Shown: positions 36,800 through 46,983 of the stretch, piece after piece | How the letters are laid out: the number at the start of each line of letters is the position of its first letter | Position numbering within the stretch: the first letter of the stretch is position 1 | NCBI GenBank assembly: GCA_973895155.1 | Contig: OZ316893.1 | Location: 16,274,645-16,338,644, forward strand | Length of the DNA: 64,000 bases | Reading direction: 5' to 3' | Source of the DNA: Marsupella aquatica | Lineage: Eukaryota > Plantae > Marchantiophyta | Position numbers and translations under genes: made by a program | The notes under the pieces: model-generated | Told to the model about the DNA's origin: nothing | Database searches by the model: none | The model's input: only the letters and a program-made list of their open reading frames with translations

Positions 36800-38267
36800 T
36801 CTACTCTCATTGGTCCCCGCATTGGTCCTCATTCTTGGTGAACCGCACCGGCCTCTACTTGTTTACATCTCTCAAGATTGTCTTGTGCTTTAGGAACAAC
36901 TGATTTAGGAATTGATACCAAACCAGTTTTAGTGTGTCAAGAATTGAAGCACCACAAAACACTATTCATAGATATTTTATGAGGCGCCAAATATTCTTGT
37001 TCATCCTGCTCCTATTTCTTACTCCAACAATTCTTCCATCTTTCTTTCTGCCCCACTTCACTCTTGCCCATGAGAGGGCAAAACCACTCCACTAAACACA
37101 CATGCTCAAGCTTTTCATCATCATTCAACTCTCCTTCTTCCACATTGCTCACTACTCGCCCCAATGAACAGGGTAGTTCCTCGGGGGGTTAACTAAGTGT
37201 ATATTTTGTGGTACCACGTGTGATCCTAGCCTAATATAAATAGACCTATTTTATAAAGAAAATATCCCAAGAATATTCTCTATTTTTAATATTAATAACC
37301 TATTTTACTTTATAAAAAGTATATATTAGAGAATATTCTATGAACATGAGTTTATAATACCTCCTTTTACCTCCTACGCTTTTTAAAAATTTAGTTAATT
37401 TATATCAAAAATACCTATTTTGGATCACACGTGGTTCCTACGATTTTTGATAGTCAACCCCCCGAGGGTAGTTCTCTATATCCTCCGTTGCTGGTCTTTG
37501 CAAGATAAAATGACCCTTCACAATATCTACTCTTGGTTGAAAAGCATCTCATGGTCGATTCTTGACAGGTCCAACATAGTCTTCTCACGCATCTAACTCA
37601 CATGCAACATTCCAAAAATGAAGAGGCACATTGTCTCTCCAATTTGTTCAAGGCCAGAATCCACCTTTTAAGTTGTCTCCATCTTCTGGCCTATATTGAA
37701 CAACCTCTGTTTCCAATGTAGCTAGGACAACTTTCCAATATTGGATGAGATCATCCCAAGATTCCCTTAATTCCTTTGTCTCACTTCTATCCACAATCAA
37801 TTGGAAGAACTTCAAATGTTTCTGTATCCCTAGATGAACATCAGCCAACATGCTTATTTCTGTCATAGGAAGTCTTTTTGGTATCCCATTTGGAAGGTTT
37901 GGAAATCCATCCCTTCCCCAAGTCCACATTTCAATACCTTCCTTTGTCACCCATGGGACATCATCATTTGACTTGAGCTTATACTGAAAGCATGGCATCC
38001 CGTCTTCTCAAACATAAAATTGAAATAGGCGGGGCTTTCCATGCCCAACCAACAAGTCTGGGCCTTTTAGTAGAAAAGGCTCTACATATCCTTTGAAGTC
38101 CGGTACCTCTTGTACAAAATGTGGAACTGGACTTGGTGTTCTTGCTTTCATGAACAAGCTCATCAAGTTGGGTAATGTCCATGTTGGATTGTGCATAAGG
38201 GATTCAGAGAAATGCCCAAACATACCATCAACATCCTCATGAGTGTGCCCAACCATAAGAAATCCAA
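36800..38267 (-). pseudogene. Sola-like (DUF7869-type) transposase, C-terminal part
   Basis: Continues the 52.1-53.7 kb frame (GFLMVGHTHEDVDGMFG ... PCFQYKLKSNDDVPW). Interrupted by a MITE; lower boundary approximate. Confidence 0.6.
37180..37466. mobile_element. MITE with 8-bp TSD
   Basis: TIRs CTCGGGGGGTT...ACCACGTGTGATCC at both ends. TSD GGTAGTTC at 37172-37179 and 37467-37474. Confidence 0.9.
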
Positions 38268-38275
38268 AAATCATA

Positions 38276-39994
38276 TGTCGTATAGCCAAAAGAACAAAAA
38301 GGAACACTTTTTACATAAAGACTCGGAATACGATCCCTTTAAGAACAGATTTGGAAAGAATTGAATGAATTTATCTCTCTGAGTAATCTAAAGCTTTCAG
38401 CACATAGATTTCTTGTTTCTCACTAAAAGATCAAATAAACAAAACACCAAAGTAAATAAACTTCTGTCTTATGAGTCAAGAGAGAGTCAATTATGGTCTG
38501 AAAACTCTGATTAGCTATTGCCACTCCTTCAAAAAGGACTATGGTCTTAGAATAGACATAAAACAAGTCTCATAACTCACTAATTTCTCTCCTGACTAAA
38601 TAAAATTGCATGATAAGGAATTTCCAATTTGCTAAACAAGTATTGCTCTGGTTACAAATGTAATGATATGACTTAAGATGCCGGCAACATGGTTTGACAT
38701 CAGCAATACGCAATTCCGTCAAACACTAAATCATATTCCATAAACAAAGTAACGGTACTGAATACTCTGAGAACCAAACTTTACTTCTCACATATCAAAC
38801 AACAACTCTTGAATTAGCTAGCGAATCTTGACCCTTCAAGCAAGCCTAGCAGTGAATTCAATGTAAGTCACAGAAGTTTGTAACTGAATTCAAGTATCAA
38901 GAAATTTCTTGAATTCATAAATTCAAACATAAGTTTTACTTCCATACAAGACTTTTCTTGTTAAAATGGAAGGAGGGAAACTAACAAAAGTCTGATTGGA
39001 ATTGTCCCCCCTTCTTCCGAATGGAAAAACCATGAGGTTTTATAAGTAAAGGTTCCCTTAACTGAAAAGGCATGACTTTTCAAACCTCAAATATCTAAAA
39101 GACAATCCTAAAAGAAATAAAGAAATGCATTGGAGACTTAGTGGACGCTTTGTAGAGCGTCTGTGCTTTCCGGTAAAACTAATAAACAGTGGTGTTAGTC
39201 TAATTTTAACTTCTAAACTAAAAGTTGGAATGAGCTGAGACTTTTCTAGAGTACTCTACTACATATAATCTCTATGCTGGTAAAGTTTCAGACTTTTCTG
39301 AGGTCTCTAAGTGCCTCAAATAAATCGGTGAAAGTGGCACGGTGTTATAAAAGTGCGAAAACTGAAAATTTTTCTAAGTGTCGGGAACATAGTGGACGCT
39401 TCAGAAAGCGTCCAAAACTACAAAGGACTTTTGTGGACGCTTTAGAAAGCGTCGGCTGAATTTTGAGGTTTTGGTCGCAGCGTCCGTCTTCTGGGCTCCG
39501 GGCGGGACGCTTCAGAAAGCGGCGAAGTCTGTCTTGGCGGACGCTTCAGAAAGCGTCGATTCTGCTTTGTCTTCGAACACGGTCGGACGCTTCAGAAGGC
39601 GTCACTTCTCATGTGGACGCTTCAGAAAGCGTCTCATCGGACTTTGGGGTTAGCGGACGCTTCAGAAAGCGTCTTAAAGCGTCCGGTGTCTGGTTCGAAT
39701 AGACGTTTCACGAAGCGTCTTCTGTTCCGTGGTATCGGTGAAGGACGGCTCAAAAAGCGTCGTGGTTAAGGGGGTCGCATCTGGTTGGCAGCACACATGG
39801 ACGCCTCAGCTGTCTTGAGGTTTATTGGCTTTGTAACTGGGGACGCTTCAGAAAGCGTCCTTAGTTAGACTGAAGTGAGTTAACCGCCAAATGGAAAGTA
39901 GATGCTTCAGAAAGCGTCGTTTTTGCTCAAAAAGTTTGAAACGATTCAGATTTTTCTCTTATGGTCGTGTTTCAGCAAAAGTCTCCTTTCCACA
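38276..39994 (-). repeat. 3' LTR (1719 bp) with about 12 GGACGCTTCAGAAAGCGTC(C) palindromes
   Basis: Direct repeat of 50417-52136 with TG...CA ends. Confidence 0.95.
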
Positions 39995-40095
39995 TAGCCC
40001 TCCACTCAAAATTCGCTGTGTCCGCACAAGAAGTGAAATAATATATTTGATCAGGCACTTCTGAAGTGGCTCTTTAATGATGTGGAGTTGTAAAA

Positions 40096-42528
40096 TTACA
40101 TTGGAGGCCAAGGGTCGAGTAGAGGCAATCGAGCAAGTCCTCTGATAGCGTGGGAGCCTTGAGTGCGAGAAGAGGAATGTAGTTGGAGTCTCTGTAGCTG
40201 TTCTCTGAGTTTAAGCAGATCCTTCTCATACTTATACTGAATTGCATATCCGTCATGAGCAACCCAGACATAGTAACGATAAGGCCATGGATGTTCTGGA
40301 GGTATAGGAGGAAAAGGACAAAGGGTTCTTCGAAGGGTATACACCCAACACCATATTTCATACTCAGAGAATTTATGTCTCCTGTCCTTATCTATAGGTG
40401 GAACAACTTTAGGAAATTTATACGTAGGAATCAAAGTACGAATGCCTGGAGGACATAATCCTGGCAAAACCTGTTGTTGCTGTCTGATACTCTCTACTTC
40501 CAAATGCCTGAAAGCCATATGGTAGTCTTTCTTGGTCCAAGAATTAATAGAAGTAAGATTGGGGATAGGAATAGGAGGTGGTAACTCAACCGATCTCCCT
40601 AATTTTGGTGGAATTCGAATAATTCGAGGATCTGCCTCATCCTCACTGCCATCACTTGGCGCACCTATCCATCGAAAAATAACCCCTGGAGTATTGGAAG
40701 GAATCACAGATTCCTTAGCAGGAGGACAAGGTGAAGTCTCAGGAGGCAAAGGTGCAATAGTAGGCTGTACTAGCTCTGGAATTGCCCTATCTCCTCGACC
40801 TGCACTGGGTGGTTCGTTTTCTAGCCGTAACTCCTCTGAGTAGGCAGCTACCTGCTCTGAATCGTTATATGGTTCCTGCTCATGGGCATACTGCTCTTGT
40901 ACCTCAATCTGAGCCTCCACAAAATCTGTAGCAGCATGTAATTCCACCGAATCTTGAGCTTTCCGTAACCTTTTCCATGGTCGACGCCTATAAGTAACTG
41001 GATACTCATCTCGGGCTCGAGGTGGAGAAGCTGTAAGTGGCGCGTCCAGAGAAGCATATCTCTCAAAATCGTTTGGAGCTGATATGTGCTGAGGTGATGC
41101 CCCAGGACTCTGTTCCGAACTATCATAGCCCATTGGTATTGTGGGTAACCGGGAGATTTGACTTAATCTCTCAGCTAAGTCTTCCGAAATGTCCAATGGT
41201 ACCGCCACCATACTACTACCTTCCTGCTGACTTGAATCATCTCGTTCAGATCTTCGCAAAAAGGAGACATCCTCCTCATCATCAATCTCTACAATTGCAT
41301 TCTCACCATCACTTCTTGAAACATCAAAACCTGGTATTCCTAAAGGTTGAATGTCTTGGGGAAAACCAAGGACATCCTGTAAGGGTGGCTGTGGACTCCC
41401 ATTGGAGTATTCATCCGATTGGTAATCCTGTAATGAAGCCAAAGCGTCCGGTCCTTCTGCAGCTAGAGATGGGGATAAACTTGGTAACTCATTCAAAACT
41501 ACATTTTCTGCAAAAGAAGGTAAAACTGAACCTTCACCTGGTGATTCCGCAGCTGTCTCTGGTTCCTGAATAGCTTCTTCCGGGTTACGCAGAGGGATGG
41601 GACTCCCACATTGTGAACTGAGCTGGGCCTCGTGCATCAATTCGGCTTCAATATCATGCAAAAGTCGGTCAGCTAGCTCCTCGTCAATTGTAGGAGTGTC
41701 CTCCTCTGGAATTTGAGTGGCCTGCTCATGTGCTTCAACCAAATTTTGGACATTTGGTAACAACTCAGCCTCTTCGTAGTCTAATAAAGTACACAATGCA
41801 ATCAGAGTATCCTGAGGATTGTTGAGTGGCTCATCCGATCGACAACTCACGTCCATTCGCACCTTAGTCCTCAAATTTCGATAAATCCTTTTCTCTGTCG
41901 GTAACAGGCATCGCTTCTTGTAATAAATATGCGCGAAGTAGGGTGTCATTTGCACCTTCCTCAGCTTCCTTGCTCTGACTCGACTTCGAAAATTCTTCAC
42001 CTGTGCATGGATCACTCTATGTAGGATTTGAGTCCAATTGATGGTCTTCCTCTGTTCCACAGAAAAAATCACAGTGGCCGCAAACGACAAGGTAATACGC
42101 GTTTGACTCTCAGGATGAAAAATAGGGGAGAGGAACCGAAATAAATGCTGCAATCGCGCTTCTATGCAATCTGCCGCCACCCAGCCATTCCGCCTCTTGA
42201 ATGTTCCCGGATAAAACAGAGATTCAACGTAAGCCCTAGGTTCGCCTTCTACTTTTTGTAATCCTTCGCCTACGCTTGGAGTCAAATAAACTGATGAGAT
42301 GAGCTCCTCATTCCAATTGCTTGGCCTCGCGCGTATCTCCGGTCCTTCCTCTCCGTCCCATTCGCCCCGATCGATCAAGCTGAATTCACAAATACTCCAA
42401 GGAAACTTTAGGAGATTCTTCAAGCCCATAGTCGTCAAATCCTCTCGTAGTCGCCTTCGATCATCTATTCCTAATGGAATCACAACAACTATCGGACGCG
42501 CAGTGACTTCTAGCTCCGATTCCGCCAT
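40096..42528 (-). CDS. Extra 3' ORF (ORF3, 810 aa) of the Gypsy element, function unknown
   Basis: Uninterrupted ORF between pol and the 3' LTR in sense orientation: folded-looking N-terminal ~230 aa, long acidic/Pro-rich middle, aromatic C-terminal domain. No obvious transmembrane helix. Confidence 0.85.
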   Translation of the reverse strand: MAESELEVTARPIVVVIPLGIDDRRRLREDLTTMGLKNLLKFPWSICEFSLIDRGEWDGEEGPEIRARPSNWNEELISSVYLTPSVGEGLQKVEGEPRAYVESLFYPGTFKRRNGWVAADCIEARLQHLFRFLSPIFHPESQTRITLSFAATVIFSVEQRKTINWTQILHRVIHAQVKNFRSRVRARKLRKVQMTPYFAHIYYKKRCLLPTEKRIYRNLRTKVRMDVSCRSDEPLNNPQDTLIALCTLLDYEEAELLPNVQNLVEAHEQATQIPEEDTPTIDEELADRLLHDIEAELMHEAQLSSQCGSPIPLRNPEEAIQEPETAAESPGEGSVLPSFAENVVLNELPSLSPSLAAEGPDALASLQDYQSDEYSNGSPQPPLQDVLGFPQDIQPLGIPGFDVSRSDGENAIVEIDDEEDVSFLRRSERDDSSQQEGSSMVAVPLDISEDLAERLSQISRLPTIPMGYDSSEQSPGASPQHISAPNDFERYASLDAPLTASPPRARDEYPVTYRRRPWKRLRKAQDSVELHAATDFVEAQIEVQEQYAHEQEPYNDSEQVAAYSEELRLENEPPSAGRGDRAIPELVQPTIAPLPPETSPCPPAKESVIPSNTPGVIFRWIGAPSDGSEDEADPRIIRIPPKLGRSVELPPPIPIPNLTSINSWTKKDYHMAFRHLEVESIRQQQQVLPGLCPPGIRTLIPTYKFPKVVPPIDKDRRHKFSEYEIWCWVYTLRRTLCPFPPIPPEHPWPYRYYVWVAHDGYAIQYKYEKDLLKLREQLQRLQLHSSSRTQGSHAIRGLARLPLLDPWPPM

Positions 42529-43029
42529 CGCTTAGTCAGCAATCTCTTCTGGCGCAGCTCCACTCTTCCCTCAATCAGGGTCGCCACCTCCTCTATATCA
42601 ATCATCGGTAATGAGCGCTACTAAACTTGGTTTCAAAAACCACTCGTCGTTTCTCTTCTTCGACCCATTAGACGTCACAATCCCTCGCCGTACTTGAGAT
42701 CATTCCAAAATTTCAACTTGTGCTGGACGCTTCAGAAAGCGGCCCAAATCCGGACGGAAATCCTGAGTCAGCAAGTTGACGCCTCCGAAGTGCATCTCCT
42801 GGACGCTTCAGAAAGCGTCGTCTACTGGTCGTGGAGCGGACGCCTCAGAAAGCGTCCCATCGGTCCCGCTTCGCGAAATCAGTCCACAATGCTGGACGCT
42901 TCAGAAAGCGTCTCAAAAAAAATTTTAAAAAATTTTCCAAACATAATCTTTTAATCTACTATTCTAAGCCCTTCCATACTAGTATTTCTTACAGATATAA
43001 AATATACCTATCCCAGCCCTCCACTCAAA

Positions 43030-45960
43030 CTACGACATGTCCTCATGCGCGGAATAGAAGTGATAGGGCTTTAATCTAAAGCCATTAATTCTAGTGTCTA
43101 AGGGGGATCCATCTAAAGTGGTTAAGGATACAGAACCATTAGGCCATATGTTCTGAATTCGATAAGGGCCGATCCAATGGGTATGTAATTTACCCGGAAA
43201 AAGCATGTAGCGGGAATCAAAAACTAACACTAAATCATTATTAGCTAGCTTAACCTGTTTAAGCTTTTTATCATAAGAGTGTTTCCGGTTTGCTTGGACT
43301 ACAGCAGTATGTTCTAAGGCTAAAAGTCTATTTTCTTCTAATTTCATAATATCAACAAACCGACTCTCGATACTTGCTTCAGGGGTGAATCTCTCAGGAA
43401 TAAGTAAGCGCTCAGTAGGAATGGAAAACTCAATAGGGATAATACTATCAACCCCATAAGTTAAATAAAATGGGGTTCTAAGGGTGGTAATCTTTTCAGC
43501 AGTACGGTAAGCCCAAAGCGCAGAGTGCAATTTTACATCCCAGTCAGTCTTGTGAGATTCCACCATCTTATTCAGAATCTTGCCCATAATGCCATTAGCT
43601 CTCTTCGTTAAGCCATTAGCTCGGGGGTTGTAAGGAGTAGTTTTGCGATGCTTGATAAGATATATGTCAGTAATTAACTCAATAGTTGAGTTAAGAAAAT
43701 GTAGACCCCTATCACTGACCAACTCCAAAGGACACCCGAACCGAGTAATAATATGCTCAAAGAGAAAAGCAGCCGCTGTTGTAGCATCATTCTTGCGAGT
43801 GGCTTTAGCCTCCACCCATTTGGTGGCATAATCAGTGGCCAGAATAATGTATTTGCTACGACTTTTCCTAGCGGCTGGTGAAATTGGGCCTACAAAATCA
43901 ATACCCCATTTCTCAAAGGGGGCCAAAGGAAGGATGGGAGTGAGTGGCCATTTAGAAGATGCAGTGGGTTTGCCTACTCGTTGGCATGGATCACAGGTTT
44001 TAATAAAATTGTAGGTGTCCTTGTGCATTGTGGGCCACCAATATCCGGCATCTTGAATTTTCTTAACAGTGGTGGTAACTGCATAGTGTCCGCCTGTCTC
44101 ACCAGAATGTAAGGCTGCAATTACCTGTGGAATTTCTCTCATCTCAAGGCAACGCCGTAACCTTTGATCAGGGCCTTGCTTAAATAAGGTGCCTTTGATA
44201 ATTGTATAAGGACCTACCTTATGTGCAAAAACAGCCCTCTCCTCTGCATTAAGTCCTTCTGGAAAGACCCCATACAACAACATCTTCACAATATCAAAAT
44301 ATTTTGAGGACTCGCCTTCAATGTGCCAAAGGTGCTCATCCAGAAAGTTGTCAGACAGGTTGTGGTCATTCTCTGTACCTGGAAGTCTAGACAAGAAGTC
44401 GGCATTCTCATGGTGTTTCCCTGGACGGACTTGCACCTCGTAATCAAATTCCTGAAGCAGGAGGACCCATCTAGCCACCCTCCCCGACAGGTCAACTTGA
44501 TTAACCAGGTATTTCAAAGAATGATGGTCCGTGTGAAAGATGATCTGATATCCAAGAAGATAATGACGAAACTTTTTGCAGGCAAAAACAATGGCTAAGG
44601 CTTCTCTTTCGGTAACTGTATAGTTTTTCTCAGCAGCACTCATCTGCCTACTGGCATAATAAATGGGATGATCCCTATTGTCGTCATCCTTTTGACTCAA
44701 GTTAGCTCCGATGCAGAAGGCAGATGAGTCAATGAAAACATGAAACTTCCTACTCCAATCTGGTGGGGAGAGAATGGGCGCAGTCACAAGGCGGTCCTTT
44801 AGCGTTTGAAAAGCTTGCTGTCTTTCTTCATTCCAAACATAAGGTTCATTTTGTTTGAGCAATTTGGTCAGAGGCATAGCAATATCAGCATGTTTATGAA
44901 TGAATCTGCGATAATACCCGACATGCCCTAAGAAGGCACGGAGTTGCTTCAAATCCGTCGGAGGTTGAAGTTCCACGATCACCCGGACCTTTTCTTTGTC
45001 CACCTCTATGCCACGCTGAGAAATGACATGGCCGAGCAAGATACCTTCCTGCATTCCGATGAAGCACTTCTCGGGGTGTAAGCACAATTGAGCTTCCCGA
45101 CACTTCTGGAAAGTCTTATCGAGGTGCATTAAATGGTCAGCCGCCGATCCATACACACAGAAATCATCGATGAAGATCTCCATGAAGTGCCGAAGGTACT
45201 CCTGAAAAATAATCATCATGATACGCTGAAAAGTGCCTGGGGCATTACACAACCCAAATGGCATCATTGCATACGCATATGTACCCCAATCTGTTGTGAA
45301 CGTGGTCTTGTCCCGATCCTCCTTTCGAATGGAAACCTGGTTGTACCTAGAGTATCCGTCCAGAAAAGTATACAACTCATGCAATGCGACCTGATCAAGC
45401 ACTAGATCTATGAAGGGTAAGGGATAATGGTCCTTCCTGGTGGCTGCATTCAATTTCCGATAGTCCTGACACACGCGGATTTTTGTCTTTCCATCAGGTC
45501 CCGCCTTCTTGGGTACAATGACAATGGGGGATACCCATTCACTACTCAAGACGGGGTAGATGAAACCAGCAGCAGTCAACTTATCCAGCTCCTCCTTCAC
45601 AAGGACAGAGTACTTGGGGTTCAAACGGTACTGCCTTTGACGGACTGGCACTGCCCCTTCCATCAAGTCTATCCGATGCTCTCCCAGATGAGGGTGGATG
45701 CCCTTCAAATCTGAATGACTCCATGCAAAAACATCCTTGTACTGGGTCAACAATTTAATGTACAAGTCCCGCAACTCACCCTGGATATGCTTTCCTATAT
45801 TAAGGAACTTGCCAGGTTCAATCTCAACTTTTTGACAAGCCTTAGGGTCCACTATACCATCCGTTAGGCCTGCTGGCCTAAGCTCCAAATCACCAACATC
45901 AGACTCATTGATTTCCGGAGAGGGAGGGTGTCTTCCATTACCGGAGGATACGCCATGCAT
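43030..45960 (-). CDS. pol: Gypsy pol: RT, RNase H, integrase (intact ORF)
   Basis: VCQDYRKLN, FLDGYSRYNQ, MPFGLCNAPGTFQR, FIDDF, IYYASR, TDHHSL, GGHY...CDPCQ, WGIDFVGP, VSDRG and WIGPY. Confidence 0.96.
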   Translation of the reverse strand: MHGVSSGNGRHPPSPEINESDVGDLELRPAGLTDGIVDPKACQKVEIEPGKFLNIGKHIQGELRDLYIKLLTQYKDVFAWSHSDLKGIHPHLGEHRIDLMEGAVPVRQRQYRLNPKYSVLVKEELDKLTAAGFIYPVLSSEWVSPIVIVPKKAGPDGKTKIRVCQDYRKLNAATRKDHYPLPFIDLVLDQVALHELYTFLDGYSRYNQVSIRKEDRDKTTFTTDWGTYAYAMMPFGLCNAPGTFQRIMMIIFQEYLRHFMEIFIDDFCVYGSAADHLMHLDKTFQKCREAQLCLHPEKCFIGMQEGILLGHVISQRGIEVDKEKVRVIVELQPPTDLKQLRAFLGHVGYYRRFIHKHADIAMPLTKLLKQNEPYVWNEERQQAFQTLKDRLVTAPILSPPDWSRKFHVFIDSSAFCIGANLSQKDDDNRDHPIYYASRQMSAAEKNYTVTEREALAIVFACKKFRHYLLGYQIIFHTDHHSLKYLVNQVDLSGRVARWVLLLQEFDYEVQVRPGKHHENADFLSRLPGTENDHNLSDNFLDEHLWHIEGESSKYFDIVKMLLYGVFPEGLNAEERAVFAHKVGPYTIIKGTLFKQGPDQRLRRCLEMREIPQVIAALHSGETGGHYAVTTTVKKIQDAGYWWPTMHKDTYNFIKTCDPCQRVGKPTASSKWPLTPILPLAPFEKWGIDFVGPISPAARKSRSKYIILATDYATKWVEAKATRKNDATTAAAFLFEHIITRFGCPLELVSDRGLHFLNSTIELITDIYLIKHRKTTPYNPRANGLTKRANGIMGKILNKMVESHKTDWDVKLHSALWAYRTAEKITTLRTPFYLTYGVDSIIPIEFSIPTERLLIPERFTPEASIESRFVDIMKLEENRLLALEHTAVVQANRKHSYDKKLKQVKLANNDLVLVFDSRYMLFPGKLHTHWIGPYRIQNIWPNGSVSLTTLDGSPLDTRINGFRLKPYHFYSAHEDMS

Positions 45961-46038
45961 TTGCTGATCTGAGAATTGTTTCCCTGTATCATGGCCGACT
46001 CCTTGTAAGTTTGCTTTCTCCCCTTCCGGTGGAAATTG

Positions 46039-46983
46039 TCAAAAAGGGTCCTCAGAAGCTAATCCAGTCTCCACAACTGGATCAGATAGGTAAACCTCCA
46101 AATAGCGTACCTCCTCCAACTCAAACTCCAATGGCTCCAGAATCAGGTTGGAATCCGAAAAGTCTGACGTATACCCGTCGTCAGTTTGCGTCTCGCCCTT
46201 ATGATCCTCAGTAGCCCAACTCACCACCACCTTGGGTTTACCAAAAGACATCTCTTGAGCTTTCCAATTTACCTGCACTTGGGCTTTATACAACCAGGGG
46301 CGGCCTAACAAGACTGGAAAGCTGGAAGGTACCTCTGGACTTATTATCACATATTCCAAAGTAAATGGAACACCAGCAATCAGAGTATCTACCTTACTTA
46401 TTTTTCCCGCGGGAACAACTCGAGATTGGTCCGCCATGCGCAGGATCTTGGGTGTTGGTTCAAACTTAGTAAATCCAAGATTAAATGCAGTTTGCTGAGT
46501 CATGAGGTTGACGCTGGAACCACCATCCACTGGTACTCTCCTCACAACACATCCTTGAATTTGTACGTCCAGCTCTGGTGGTCCCTTATCCTCCCATTCC
46601 AAACGTAATACATCCACCTCTGGCAACTTACGCCGCCTTCGCTTTCCTGCCAACAATCCTCTCAATTGGCGTCTATAAACCGGGTTGTCTTGCAACAACT
46701 CACCAATGGTGATATGAGCAAGATGGCCCTTCACGTCTTCTACAATATCATATCCCTGTTGCTTTAACACAGGTCGTTCGGGCTCCTTCACCACTGGCTT
46801 CTGAATTGAATGCGAGGTGTGATCTTTAACTAGTTCCTCTAATTGAGCTTTTACTTCTGAAGAAATGTCAGGTAAAAAATATTTGGGATCATAGCGATCA
46901 TAAGCTGGGTCCTGATCCTTGGGTAGGCCTTCCTCAAATGGAGCTCGTTCCTTCGGCTTAAGGTCCCTTCTTTTGGTGCTTTG
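46039..46983 (-). CDS. Gypsy aspartic protease ORF (+1 frame relative to gag; in frame with pol across one TGA)
   Basis: VPVDGGSSVNLM and VLLGRPWL retropepsin motifs. Frame open up to about 46983. Confidence 0.9.
   Translation of the reverse strand, partial: QSTKRRDLKPKERAPFEEGLPKDQDPAYDRYDPKYFLPDISSEVKAQLEELVKDHTSHSIQKPVVKEPERPVLKQQGYDIVEDVKGHLAHITIGELLQDNPVYRRQLRGLLAGKRRRRKLPEVDVLRLEWEDKGPPELDVQIQGCVVRRVPVDGGSSVNLMTQQTAFNLGFTKFEPTPKILRMADQSRVVPAGKISKVDTLIAGVPFTLEYVIISPEVPSSFPVLLGRPWLYKAQVQVNWKAQEMSFGKPKVVVSWATEDHKGETQTDDGYTSDFSDSNLILEPLEFELEEVRYLEVYLSDPVVETGLASEDPF

Noticed and set aside
39274-39702. Short ORFs with repeated GRFRKR/DASES/TLQKA peptides (also at 51415-51843 and 42694-43079)
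   Set aside because: They are translations of the DNA palindrome in three frames, not proteins.
39394-39920. CRISPR-like look of palindromic repeats with unique spacers
   Set aside because: Spacer lengths are irregular, the repeats are only about 20 bp, no cas genes are present, and the array lies inside duplicated eukaryotic LTRs.
40096-42528. Calling ORF3 an envelope protein
   Set aside because: No signal peptide or transmembrane stretch is visible.
46042-46048. CCCTTTT -1 slippery heptamer before the protease stop
   Set aside because: Protease and pol are in the same frame, so a -1 shift would not join them.
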